A stretch of DNA of 64,000 nt from Antedon mediterranea (GCF_964355755.1 NC_092675.1:21610912-21674911), one strand, 5' to 3'; positions 12,451 to 37,190 are shown, numbered from the stretch's first letter. Numbers and translations: made by a program. The notes: generated by a model from the sequence alone, not told the origin.

Positions 12451-15400
12451 TCATTCAACCATTTGGTGGTGTTGATATTCGTCGGTGCTCTGGTTTATGG
12501 TTCTCTTCCTGTAAAATGTACAAACATATTCAATAAAACTATCTGTGTGTTAGTTGAGTGTGGTGGGTGTGTGTTGGCGGGAGGCAATTTTTTTTTTCCT
12601 ATCCAATTAAGCCAGAAATCATAAATTATTCATTACCTTAATAATATTCTATTATAAAGAATTGAAAGATAGCTGATCTACTTCCTAAATATACTGAACC
12701 TAACCCTCTAAATAATCTCTCTCAACTATTTAAAACAAGGCCATATAGATGGCTGCAGTCGCGTGCTCATTAGTGTTTACCGACCGACCGAACAACCCAC
12801 CAACTGACCGAAATTACTGAACTAAAAATGTTGAAATGTTTAAAAACATTTATATTTTTTAAATTTACTCGTGCGTAGCCTGTCACTTTTGACGTGCTCG
12901 TATAACGTAATTTCGAGTTGAAAAGTAAGTCAAGAAAACAGAAATCTGGCAAAAAGAGTGCGCAATAACATTTAACGCGCACTCCTAGCAATTTTGTAAA
13001 CGCTTAAAATTGCCTGAAACATACCCTTATTTCATCGAAAATAAATTTTGGAAATTTTAAGCGCGCGTACGCATGCGTTACATGCGCTACGCACGTAATT
13101 GTATTGCCATATGATGATTTATGCCCTGAAATTTATGAGTACCAAATTTTATTTATTTGTGATTCATGGTTGTGAAGATATGATTACAAACGTGATTTCG
13201 TTAAATCGTGCGTAGACTGCGTACTTTTTTATTACGCACCGTGAAAACATAACCACATCGATTCCTGGCCATAAGGAATATACTGTGAAAAATTGACTTA
13301 GCTAGATTAAACTGATATCAAGATAAGGTCAGAAAGCGATAAAACGGACAGACCGACAGACCGACCGACAGACAGACAGACCGACCGACATAGTGAACTA
13401 TAGAGTCGCGTCCACGCGACTAAAAACATGTTCTTGTTGAAAGACCTCGAAAGACCGCTCCAGTGGCTTTACCACTAGACCAAACATTTCGGTTGGCAAA
13501 CGCTGTTTACACAAATGATTTAATCCCTCTGTATGCTTATATAGCGCCCTCGATAATGTTCCATATTATGTCATAATTATTTTATTGCATAAATTATTCA
13601 TGATTTCTGGCTTAATTGGATAGGAAAAAAAATAATGCTGGTGAGAGTGGGGGTATTCAGTCTGCTAAATAATGTTATTCTAATGTGCTCTCTATATCAT
13701 GTTTATTTGTTTTGTAATGTAGAGATTATTTCTGAAATAAAGTTAATCATTCAATTAATTAATATTATTAAAATTACAAAATGTTAACTCACACATGCCC
13801 TGTGAATTCAATAGAGATACAGCAATTGGAATCGGGTATTTTGTTCGGGTTGATATTTCTATGGACAGCAACTGTACAGAAAACTAGTGGTCATATTTAG
13901 CCTATAATTACTATCAGTCAATCTATCAGTTTCAACAATAGCTTATCAAAAATGAAATGTTTTCATGCAATCAATTTAGTACGGCATCGAAAATGTTTTA
14001 TATTTTATGTAGAAGTACTGTTGTTGTATTTAGTGAATTATAATTTATATATCGTGTCGTTTAAAAAAGGTCATTGGATATGCGGGTTGGAAGGGTTATT
14101 CTCGCTAAATAAAGTTGAAATTTAAAAATATATATTTACGTTGTCCACACAATGGGCCTTGGTATCGCGGTGAACAGACACACTCGTTGGGACGTATACA
14201 GCGTCTATGTATGCACCGTGGCTCACAGATTGCTGCAACAGATACAAAATACTATAAATAACTTATTAGATAGTACATTGAAAAACTATAATCGTTTTAC
14301 AAAACTATTTTACAAATTATACCCTTTCATATCCCCAGTATTCGTTTTTTGTTCTTTTTATAAATTGACTATTATGGCCCTAATGGCCGCCCATAATGAT
14401 AATAGGTTTGAACCATAACTTACGCTGGCTACAATCGGCACTACAATGTGATATATACCCATCACAACATTGGTATGAAGCGCTGTAGAATATTCTATAC
14501 TGAGTTACCATGCGGTATGCTGGACTGAAATAAAATAAATATAAATATATATACATCCGAGTTTCAAAACAAATCGCCAATGATTGCCGTAAGCAATCAA
14601 AGGTAATGTCCAGGTGGGGACATCACAAATTTGGTCTACATGCATACTTGGTCATTTCAACACAAATGACTCTACCTTAGGATCATTTCAGGGCTTATGG
14701 GAAACCCCGCAAAAGGTTCTTTCGGACTTATAACGAGAATCGGAGCAACACTTCTGACTCAGTTGTTGAAATTAATTGTCGACTTTCCGAAGGAGAGAAA
14801 AAACTTCTTTCTCGAGGACTTAAATTCTGCCCAAAACCAAGGCTGGTCGACGCACAAAACAACTATCTTTGGATATGGAGTCTTTCTCCAGAAGATTATG
14901 ATTACGTGAATGTTTTGCTGATTCAGACAGCAACACCGCGCAAAACGATGGCAACGTTAATAAATTTAAACCAAAAAGTTCCTGGAATCCACCTAAAAAT
15001 CGTTGTCCAGCTTTAGAAACATTTATTCAGGCTATTGAGGAGGATGTACAAAACTATATCTCTGGTCCAGATCAACGTGACAATCTCTCGAAACAAGAGA
15101 GGCAGCCGTTGCCAAATTGTGTCAGCGTAATGATATCATCATTAAAAACGCCGATAAAGGTTCTGCCACTGTCGCTATGGACATCAAATTTTATGAAGAG
15201 GAATCTTAAGACTGCTAAAAATGCTCTTCATTATCGTACACTTACAACAGATCCCACCCCGGAAATTGCGGATAAGGTGGCAAAATCTGTTTCTGTGATG
15301 GTAAAAAAAAACACTCCATCGATCCTAAGATTGGATCTCATTTGGCACAGGTTAATCCAGTTCCAGACAGATTTTAATTCCTACCTAAAATCCACAAAGC

Positions 15401-17603
15401 AGGCAATCCTGGTAGACTCATTTTTTTGGCACTGCTACAGAGAAAATTTCTGAATATGTGGGTGATTTACTTAGACCATAATGTGACTGATCTCCCTTCA
15501 TACATTCAGGACTACACGGACTTTATCCGCAAAATTAACCAAATTCAAAATTTACCTAATACAATTGTGTTCTGGCTACATTAGATGTTCCGTCGTTTAC
15601 TAATCCCTCACGAAGAAGGAGCCGGCGCATGCATTTTAAATTACAAACAAATTCCAGACAAAATGCCTACTGAAGCTCATTTACGAGAACTGATCATTTT
15701 GGACTTAACATTAGGAAAATACTCCCAGATCGGTAAAATTACTCCATTGACTACCTAAATTTAAGTTTCAATATTAACCACCATTTAAGCTGTTTTTTGA
15801 TTTTATTCCTAAATTGATCCTAAATCTACCAAGCTATCTTCTTTGTTTTCTACACAATACTATCTACACCCTCTATTCACCACGTCTTATGCCTCTATTG
15901 TTTTATTTCTTTTATTCCTGTTCACTTAGGCAGCGCTTGCCTGATATATCTATCTATCTTTGTCCAAGTACTGTACCTTCACTTGCATTGATGAAGGGCT
16001 AGTGTTGCCCGAAAGCTCTGCTAACTTTTCTGGCTGTTTTAATTTATCGTTTTGATTTAGCTTTTCGCTTTTTTTTTTCCAGCCACTGATACCCACAGCA
16101 TTGACAATTATACGATAAAGTAAAACAGCCAGAAAAGTTAGCAGATATAATGGTTATAAGGTTTGCATTGCCAATATGTAGGCCTATTCATTTTGGGAAT
16201 GAGAATTTTAATAACGTGTGGTGTAAATACGAAATCGGAAATTTATTGCAATCTTCTAAAATCAATAGAATTTTTACAAAAGCAAACATAAAAGTCATCA
16301 CACCACACATTATCAGATTTCTATACATTGGTGTCAATTAGGCCTAATGAGTGACAACATTTCTCTACCGTCTACAAACACCACGAGTACTAAATAATAT
16401 ACTTGATTCCTGTTCCTATATATTAGTATGTTCTTAACGATTATATGAAAAATTAAAATATGTCATGTAATGTTCAGTACGATACTTACCGGTAACGTGT
16501 TACTGTGCATCGGCTCCAATTCAAAAAACCACAGCTAGTGTATGTCAAGTAACTTGAAGAGTATGACTGTGTGTTGCTGTACGTTTGAGTTCCAGATACT
16601 GTAACATTGCATACATTCGTCCTTTTGTTTACATAAAAATAACAATCACTTAAGTTAATTCAGTGTAGGGCCATCATGTTTGTAATGTAAACACAATCGA
16701 AACAATTATATAATTAGAGTTAGAATAACAACATTGTTTTCATTGGAGTAGAGTATCCAAAGTATATAATGTTTAGGCCTTGCATTCCTCTCCCCACCCA
16801 ACTTCACAATCCTGGATCCGCAATGGGAATGATACATTTCTTTTGTTTATATTTTTGTTTGAAAAGAAAACGCATTTCCACAAGTGACAAATCTAATTAG
16901 TTAAAATACTCCATTTAGAGTTGAGAAATCATTTACAATAGATAAGGCGTTGACAATATGAGGATTTTTTTAAAGCAATAAGTACGGTATTTATAAACGG
17001 TTTGTAGACCAATCAACACTAGAAAACTGTTATTGCAATCTCATAGTTTCCTCTAAATCAAAGTTTGCTAGTATGGCTCTCTGCAAAGTTGATTTCAGAC
17101 GTTTTCAGAAGTATGTCGACTAGTTTACAACTAGCAGACGTTGGAAAATCGTTCTTAACCTACTCAGAGATCAGCAAACCAGTTTGGTAGTTTAAACGGT
17201 GTGTGACCGAAACGGCCGCCGACTGGAACGGCCGCCAACATTTTCTATGGGACGCCAATACCACCGCAGCGCAGCTACAAGCCAATATAGTACCGCTGCA
17301 GCTAAACAATGTCTTTCTGAATAATGATGTATTATGAACGTACAGTATTTCCTGACATGGCCGAGTATTCATTATTCAGTATATTCACTTTCTAATTAGT
17401 GGCACACACCTTTCGTTGGTGCGTCCATACAAATATAAACAACAACATATAAAGGGTAAATGAGTAAAGACAAACATTTTGAATTATTTTATTATAATAT
17501 AGGCATTATACACTTAAATAGTTACTAACCCATTTGGATCCAAAGCTCCATCAACATACAGTACACTAATAATTACTACACAAACCAGGTAATATAATCC
17601 CAT
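12451..17603 (-). CDS. Gene D: short secreted EMI + NIM/EGF protein (about 178 aa)
   Basis: Exons 17530-17603 (MGLYYLVCVVIISVLYVDGALDPNG), 16490-16621 (TNVC...SCGFLNWSRCTVTRYR), 14424-14524 (YQCCDGY...CSQ) and 14140-14232 (PICEPRCIHRRCIRPNECVCSPRYQGPLCGQ) have the same intron phases as exons 1-4 of A/B. Tentative exons 13793-13871 and 12451-12508 keep frame to a TGA. No TM segment seen. Confidence 0.75.
12591..13631 (+). mobile_element. Degenerate element with 32-bp inverted ends, possibly a Penelope 3' remnant, containing a nested HINE
   Basis: TTTTTTTCCTATCCAATTAAGCCAGAAATCAT (12591-12622) is inverted at 13600-13631. Weak resemblance of 12655-12715 to a GIY-YIG C-terminus. Confidence 0.4.
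12736..13426 (-). mobile_element. DINE-1/HINE-like element (family 2)
   Basis: On minus: TTTTTAGTCGCGTGGACGCGACT 5' subTIR/inverted pair, (GTCT/GTCG)n, and 3' subTIR CACGCGACT plus hairpin GCCAT-CTAT-ATGGC plus CTTGTT. Internal 12862-13325 is homologous to 5200-5725. Confidence 0.78.
14600..16145 (+). mobile_element. Degenerate Penelope-like retroelement in intron 2 of gene D
   Basis: Frameshifted motifs GLKFCPKP, PKSSWNPPK, DNLSKQER, IIIKNADKGSATVAMD, LPKIHKAGNPGR, LPSYIQD, LATLDV, PHEEG; 3' hammerhead motif; 16017-16050 is inverted at 16111-16145. The 5' boundary is approximate. Confidence 0.8.
15984..16022 (+). ncRNA. Minimal type I hammerhead ribozyme motif (PLE-associated, C3U variant)
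   Basis: GCA-TTGATGA-A-GGGC-TAGTGTT-GCCC-GAAA-GCTC-TGC: conserved core with stem II, at the 3' end of a PLE. Confidence 0.6.
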
Positions 17604-19128
17604 TCTGTAAAATAATGGTTATGTTTAGATCGCATAACAACAAGTATTAAAAGAGAAATAAAATTAAGTTTAAAGGACTTTGAAAAGCAATAATTGAAAA
17701 TGTTTTTCTAAGACTGAAACGTTTTAGAATGCTTCTATCATATAGAGAATTCTAAAAAATTACAACTAAGGTAGGCCTATATTTATGAATTATAAATATT
17801 GAAAATGAAAAGGGAAGATAGACAAAAATAATTTAAAGGAATTTGTAATGTAAATACAATTGAAAACGAACTTCACATTATCTACGTTCTATATTACAAA
17901 CAACTTAGACAAATATTTAAAAACGTTTTTCTCTTAATTATTTCTAAAAAATGTATTCCTGAAAATTAACTAATAACTTTTGGCAATTTCAGTTATCTCT
18001 ATTTTGTTAAATTATTATTTTTGCTGCTACCAAGAAAATGATAGATTAAGATTACTTACTACTTTTAATTTACTTTTTTCTGTATGTCATTCAACATGGC
18101 CTACGTAATAAAAACAAAACTAAAAAAAGAAAATGATTGTACAAAATACTTTAAAAAAAAACTTACTTTTATGTTAGTAGTAGTAAACGTCATGGATTCC
18201 TTGGGTAAAGTGAAGTAAATTATATTATTATAGTGGAATTGGAGCCAGCTCGCTGATAACAGAGAAAGACAATGACCTGTTAACAATACTACTAAAATTA
18301 GTAGTTAGAGTTAGTAGTTAGATAGTGTCTTGCATCATTGACTGCTTTATATTTTTATGGCCAATCCCAAAACTCACTGTAGCTTAGTTCCGAATTCTTT
18401 TCCTGATTGAAATGTTTTTAAAGGTTACAGCACTAGGGTTTAATTGCATTTATCATAATAAATCTAGTATCTCTTGTAATATTATCAGAAACAGATTCAC
18501 CTACTGGCTTTTTAACCATGAGGATGCATGCTAATTCACATTCAATTCTCACACAGAATCATACAATATGAGAGCAAGAGCTCCGATGAGATACATTTTG
18601 AAAAACCAATACAACTTTTTCCTCTCCATTCATCTTCAACGGAAAGTGCTAGACTTGGAAGTAGTATGTTCATGTTATTATTTATTTTCTTGCTTATTGT
18701 TTAACTACTACAAAGTAGCAATACTGCGAAGTAGCTTTGCGTCATGGATTTAGTTTGTTCATAGAGAAGTAAATTGCACTCTTCTAGAGCTCGGAACTAT
18801 ATAAACCATCGCAACAATATGAAAGCCATTCTCGTGACCTAGAAGTACAATTTACGTCACATCTGATACATTTCTTATAAATCCATCCATGCTGACGCAA
18901 CCAACACTCACACACAATATAGTTGAATGATCCGAGACAAAAATAAATTGTATATGCAGGCCTATCATAATTGTAATTATCTTTTTCTACAAATACGTAC
19001 GTATAAACACTATACTGTACATCATCAAATGGTATTCTGTAACACTAAAATAAAGAAAAAGACAAAACAAAACGTTTCTTTCTGTGAAAAATTTATGTTG
19101 GAAACAAACTCAATGTTTTTTTAAACTA

Positions 19129-19572
19129 CAGTAGAAGCCCTACTTTGGGAAAACCCTATTAAGTGAACACTTTGCAGCGAAACGAAATGCAACATACGTT
19201 TTAACACCACGGCCAACCCTCTGCTCAGGGAACAACAAGAGGACGCTAATGGTTGATTCAACCCTATTAAGGGGATCATATATATAGTTATTTTCATCAC
19301 AAAAACAAAAAAATACCAAATAATATTAATTTATGTCGCTATTCATACAAAAATGGATATCATAATAATTTTTATACTTTCTCTGGCTTGACAGTTTTAA
19401 TTAGTGTTGATTTTGGGATATATTTTTTCCCGCGAAACCTTCTAAAGGTGAAAATTTCGGTTTTTGGTAATTTCCTGAATAAGGTAGCCCTGATTCAGGT
19501 GGTGTCCTATTATTATTATTAAGGGACAATGTGTTGGGTCCTAAAGGTTCACCCTTAATAGGGGTTCTACTG
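19129..19572. mobile_element. Tc1/mariner (pogo/Tigger-like) MITE
   Basis: TA|CAGTAGAAGCCCTA ... TAGGGGTTCTACTG|TA. It is absent from the paralogous block at 11590-11860. Confidence 0.75.
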
Positions 19573-20765
19573 TAGTTAACAACTCAATAACATTGTTCTC
19601 TAGAGTTAATGTAAAATGAATGAAGTACATGAGCACATTAAGCAGAACTTAGGTCCACAGTGAAACGTCCATAGTGTCTATGGAAATAATGTGTGCTGTT
19701 CATTACTATACTCTTTGTAAAGCGTCACCGTATCTATTTATTCAGTTTTTGCTCGTTGGTTGCGTATGCTAACAAGCTGATACTCCAAAGATGGTTGAAG
19801 AATTGCCATTAGAAGAAAGAAAACAAAATTTAAAAATCGAAATTTTGAATCTATCATATCTGGGTAGCATAACCTAAGTTCATAATTATATATATTATTC
19901 CTTATTATAAAATTATTATTTCAATGTAATTCTTAATACAATTAAGACATTTTTTCCGTCAAATTAAATTAATAACCGTTAAACCCATTAGTAAGATATT
20001 CGTTAAAATGACGATCACTAGCGTAGTATGATATTAACAGTAGATAAAAATGGAAATTGTTTAAATTATCTAAACCTATCTGTATATCCAATATATTCTA
20101 CAATAACTTGTACGATGATTTCATCTGCATAATAAATCAGCAGAATAAGTTCAAGACAATACTGTTCCACTAACAGTGGTTATTTGCTGCTCTACGTACA
20201 TACTGTACTCTACACACTAACGTTACCATCTAAGTTAATTAATTGCGAACATAGATCTTAAGTATACACACATTAATGTATTATCATGTAGTGTTGTCTA
20301 AATAAAAGCATTTAATGATTTATTGTAGAATTTATAATTCATTTACATAATGATTGAAATATTATACTTATTTCAAATAAAGGATTCATTGTGTAAATTA
20401 ATCACATATCCTAATAGTAATGCGCATACAACACTTTTTACTGAATACGAATTAGTAAAATTATTCGACCGACGACACCCAATGAAAAATCTAATTTATC
20501 TTATTGTTTATTATATATTCCATATTTAACGTCTTTTGATACTCTTTAAACTTTGTATAAACATTTTACTATTTTAAAACTATTGTCTGTTTTTTATTTG
20601 TTTACTCCATTTCACGTGTATTCATTTTGTAATTTTATTATCTGTATTTATCCATGGTTTTTAAATGTTATTAATTTGCTTATGTTTTCTTGATCTGGAT
20701 CTGGATTATTATACTCCAATAAAGCAGGAAAACTGCATCACAGAGTTTTAATATTACGTCATTTG

Positions 20766-31990
<11,225 letters not shown>

Positions 31991-32119
31991 CGTTGTAGTG
32001 CCACACTGTATATTAAAAATAATAAGTGTTACATTAAATTTAAATGTTAATTAAGTACTAAATCCAAAAACTAAAAACAAAACATAAAATTCAATCTTTA
32101 AAAGATTAAAGTAAAAACA

Positions 32120-32202
32120 TAATAATAATAATAATAATAACAATAATAATAGCACTAATAATAACAATAATAACACTAACAATAATAATAATAATAATAA
32201 CA
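32120..32202. repeat. (AAT/AAC)n microsatellite
   Basis: Run of AAT/AAC triplets. Confidence 0.85.
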
Positions 32203-33164
32203 ATATATTGTAATTAGAATATAAAACGTTTTAATCCACAATGACAATCAAATTAAAATTGTCATAATTATTATTTTTTACTTTTGACAGGGTTAAGTAT
32301 CAGAATGTGCAGAACATAAAACATGCATTAAATATCCCCTCAAACCAATCATTACCACTCTAGATCTGCCGCAGCTGTAGATTAAAATGTATATTGTTTA
32401 AATATAAACATAATAATATATACATTTTGGCCACAATAGGCCTTAATCTCATTTTTAAATAAAATTGACACGTTTAAATGAATTATACATAATATTACAT
32501 GTAGGCATACAGGACTTTATCCTATTTTAGCATTACTATTTTACTGATTCTCAATAATGATGATCGTTTCCAAAAATAGTCCTCCATCAACTACCTTCAT
32601 TTTATATAATTTTTTTAATGAAAAATCCAAAACTGTGTATATATTTCGTTTCAATTAATTTATTGTTTCACATTATACATAACATTTGAAATTAAAAACA
32701 CCTAAATTGCAAATCGTATTTGATTTTTTAGTTGAATTGACTATTTTTTTAATTTTAAAAGCAGGCCTATCGTTATTGATGATTTACTGTCTGAGGAAAA
32801 AGTATTCCATTAAAAAACTAATGAATGAGTTTTTTGTATTTTGTATGACGCTTATGACCATTTATGCTCAAATATGAGATACATGATATTTATACATGTT
32901 TTATCTACATGTTTAAATCATTAAGAGGAAATAAATAAATTATTGTGTTATTGTGAATAAATTGTCGAAGACCAAGGAAAATCCTACAAGCCATCACTTA
33001 CAAAGTCTGCAAGAAGTATTTCGTCTTCCAGACGAAATGCTAAGCATATTTAATGGGTCGATCCGTTTCTATTATTATGAAATTTGTTTTCAATAAACAT
33101 TGATAACCCACTCAAGAGCGTTGTGAAATAAGCCCTTTTTAAAATGTAGTGCTGCTAGATTACA

Positions 33165-36100
33165 AAAAAAGTAATGTAGCCTAAGCTTTTATATTTTAAC
33201 TTTCTTTTAACTTTCCGATTTTTTCAATCTAAAACAACAGGTTACCAAATAGTAGTATTTTTCTTTGTTTTGTGACGTTTGAGGAAATGAAAAATTTGTT
33301 TTCTAGAATGTTTACATTTAATTAAAAACGGTATTGCAAATATGTGTTATGAAGTTACAAATAATAAGGAAGTAATGTAAGAATTGATTACAAAATACAA
33401 CTAAAGCGAATTAAAATCCTAATTTGAATGGCGAAGAAATTTTGTATCACACACTTTAAACGACAATTAACAAAGTATAACCCTAACCCATTATTTAAAA
33501 AATACTGCCAATTCTTCTGCAATTTTTTGGTTCATTTATTCTAAAAGAGCATGTGACCTAATATTTCTATTTTTCTTTGTAATATTACTTTTCGGGAAAG
33601 AAAAATTAAAGTCTAGAATGTTTACATTGAAATTTGAAATTTATGGTATTGCAGATATTGAATGCGCCTTTACAAAAGGAAGTAAATGTAAAGACTTATT
33701 TATAAAATAATTATTTTTATATATCACACATTTTTTTAGATTGAAATAGCCAAACAATAAAAAGAAAGGTGTATAAGCTAGACCTATATGACTTTTTTTA
33801 CGAGATTAGGCCTACGAGTAAAACTTTAAAGCACTTTAAAGACGAAATTTAACACATTAGGCCTATTTTCTGAAGTCTGATTAAAATGATATATCACAAC
33901 AATTAAACTAGCATGAACAAGAGATTGACCTGTTACTCGTTCAGTCAATATTAAGCCAGGATGAAATCTATCTTTTATTTATTTTGTTTAAAAAGGAACA
34001 TTTTTTGTCTTTATGTCTTTACCTCACAATTTACCTCTTTTACAAAACACTTTATCCGATTTTAACCAATTCTTCTGCAGTTTTTTGTTCATTTTATCTA
34101 AAAGAGCATGTGACCTAACATTTCCATTTCGATTTGTAATATTACTTTTAGGGAAAGAAAAATAAGTCTAGAATGTTTACATTGAATTGAAATTGGTATT
34201 GCGGATATTGAATACGCCTTTACAAAAGGAAGTAAATGTAAAGAATTATTTATACAATAATTATTTTTGTATACCACACATTTTTTTAGATTGAAACAGC
34301 CAAACAATAAAAAGAAACGTGTATAAACTAGACTTATGTGACTTTGTTTGACGAGATTAGGCCTACGAGTAATACTTTAAAGCACTTCAAAGACGAAATT
34401 TAACACATTATTTACTTTCCGAAGTTTGATTAAAATGATACATGTTTAATGCAATTTACGTTAAGAATATTTTTTTTTTAATTTGATGGTAAATTGCATT
34501 AAACAAAAAAAGTAATGTAAGCTTTTTTATTTTAACTTTCTTTTAACTTTCCGATTTTTTCAATCTAAAACAACAGGTTACCAAATAGTAGTATTTTTCT
34601 TTGTTTTGTGACGTTTGAGGAAATGAAAAATTTGTTTTCTAGAATGTTTACATTTAATTAAAAACGGTATTGCAAATATGTGTTACGAAGTTACAAATAA
34701 TAAGGAAGTAATGTAAGAATTGATTACAAAATACAACTAAAGCGAATTAAAATCCTAATTTGGATGGCGAAGAAATTTTGAATCACACATTTCAAACGAT
34801 TATTAACAAAGTATAATCCTAACCCATTATTTAAAAAGTTTTTGCCAATTCTTTTACAATTTTTTGGTTCATTTATTATAAAAGAGCATGTGACCTAATA
34901 TTTCTATTTTTCTTTGTAATATTATTTTCGGGAAAGAAGAATTAAAGTCTAGAATGTTTACATTGAATTGAAATTGGTATTGCAGATATTGAATACGCCT
35001 TTACAAAAGGAAGTAAATGTAAAGAATTATTTATAAAATAATTATTTTTGTATATCACACATTTTTTTAGATTGAAACAGCCAAACAATAAAAAGAAACG
35101 TGCATAAACTAGACCTATGTGACTTTGTTTGACGAGATTAGGCCTACGAGTAAAACTTTAATGCACTTCAAAGACGAAATTTAACACATTTTGTTTTCTT
35201 TTCTTTTGTGGCGCAAACACCACTTTTATTCACATTCATATTATCTCATGTCATTACATAAAATCATATTATTTAACACATTGTGAATGTCGTTACAATT
35301 CATAAGTAACATTTTTACATATATGAATTCCGTATTACTCCTTTTTTCATTAATTTTCTTATATTTTTTTATACACTTGACATGATCATCATTATCATCT
35401 ATCCTGTTTTAAAATAGTTCACACATTTTCATTTGTTTGTTTTCATTTTACAACCCGGATTATACAATATATTTATATACAAGATAAAACGAAATAAAAA
35501 AACAATAATAGCTCAGTACCACCAGTAACTCGTATCACAGTAATTCCTTTTCTGTTAATCGTATCAAATTAGAAATTATATTAGCATAATAGTATTTCTT
35601 AAGCTACTCATTTTTCTATAGTTGTTTCTTTATTGTTATATGTTTCACATTTAATTTTATATAGCATATTGCTTTTAAATGAATTCCATCAAGATTTACC
35701 CACTGGCTTATTTAGTGCTGATAAATTTTTATTCTATAAATAGTGAATGCTGCAAAAGTGTAAATATAATCTACTAGCTTATCTCCCGTTCCTAGTATTA
35801 CTTGCTTAAATGATATATTATTGTGGTTTAAACTTACTTACTGAATAAATCTACAACTAAAAAACAAATGATTTTCATTTTCAATTTCTCCACATTTGTC
35901 ACACGTTTGTGTTTCTTTAACTTTCCACTGATAAATCTGTTTGTTGGTAGGAAGTATTCTATGTAACATCTTATAATTGAATTGTGCTAGTTTCTAATTA
36001 TCTTTCATTTTACTTACTTTCCGTAACCAAGATGTTTTCCAATCTATGTTGTTATCATTGAAGTACTCTTCCCATTTTAGTTGTGACATTGGAATAATGA

Positions 36101-37190
36101 AATATTCTTTCACAAACCATGAGTATATTAGTTTGGTAGTATTAATCTCATACTTGGTTCCAACTAACTCATTATTTTCTTTCCAAAGTTTGAATAAAAT
36201 GATACAAATTTCAGAAAAAATAACAATATTCTTAACGTATGGAACAAATTTGATAAAAGAATGCTTTTGACATCTTTCCTTTTTGCCATATTATTTTTAA
36301 TTCACGAATTTAAATTGTAACCGCAGTTTTGTACAATAATGTGTGTGTATTCTATATATTAATTTTTGTTTATCCTTTTATATTTATCTGTTTTTTATCG
36401 TACTAATATTTGCCAATCTTTAAGAAGAATTTCTATTGTTATTTTTATAATAATGAACAAATAAAGCATGTTTACATTTAATAAACGTTGGTATTGCTAA
36501 TATATTTTCCGTCCTCATAGATTGCAAGGAAGTAATGTGAAATAATTGTTATTCTAACTTTCTGATTTTTTTTTCAATCTAAAAGAACAGGTTACAAAAT
36601 AGTAGTAATTTTGGGGTTTTGTAACGTTTGAGGAAATGAAAAATTATCTACAATGTTTACATTTAATTAAAATTGGTATTGCAAATATTTGTTACGAAGT
36701 TACAAATAATAAGGAAGTATTGTAAGAATTTATTACAAAATACAAAAAAAGCGAATTAAAATCCTAATTTGAATGGCGAAGGTGTTTTGAATCACACACT
36801 TTAAGCGACAATTAACAAAATATAACCGTAACCCATTATTTAAAAAGTACTGCCAATTCTTCTGCAATTTTTTGGTTCATTTATTCAAAAAGAGCATGTG
36901 GCTTAATATTTCTATTTTTTTTTGTAATATTACTTTTCGGGAAAGAAAAATTAAAGTCTAGAATTTCTACATTGAATTGAAATTTCTGGTATTGCAGATA
37001 TTTAATAGGAAGCGAATTAAAATCCCATTTTGGATGGCGAATGAATGTTGTATATCACACCTTTTAAAGGATGTATTTCTCATTATTTAGAAATATTGAA
37101 AAGAAGTATAAGAATTTTTTATAAAATACAAGGAATGCGAATTTAATCCTAATCCTAACTATTTTAAAACTGCAAATCATACACTTTTTA
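33165..37190. repeat. Nested degenerate tandem repeat array
   Basis: Block TAACTTTC.GATTTTTT..CAATCTAAAA near 33218, 34545 and 36555; block CCAATTCTT.T.CA.TTTTT..GTTCATT near 33508, 34067, 34846 and 36853; internal repeat of CTAGAATGTTTACATT...GGTATTGC...AGGAAGTAA at about 300-bp spacing. Confidence 0.85.
35190..36330 (-). mobile_element. Degenerate 3' fragment of an L1/Tx1-type LINE inserted in the tandem array
   Basis: Minus-strand KLAQFNYKMLHRILPTNK...WKVKETQTCDKCGEIENENHLFFSC (zf-RVT-like); AATAAA and A-rich tail near 35190-35230. Confidence 0.7.

Noticed and set aside
33165-37190. CRISPR-like array
   Set aside because: Units are hundreds of bp and degenerate, with no repeat-spacer structure; the context is eukaryotic.
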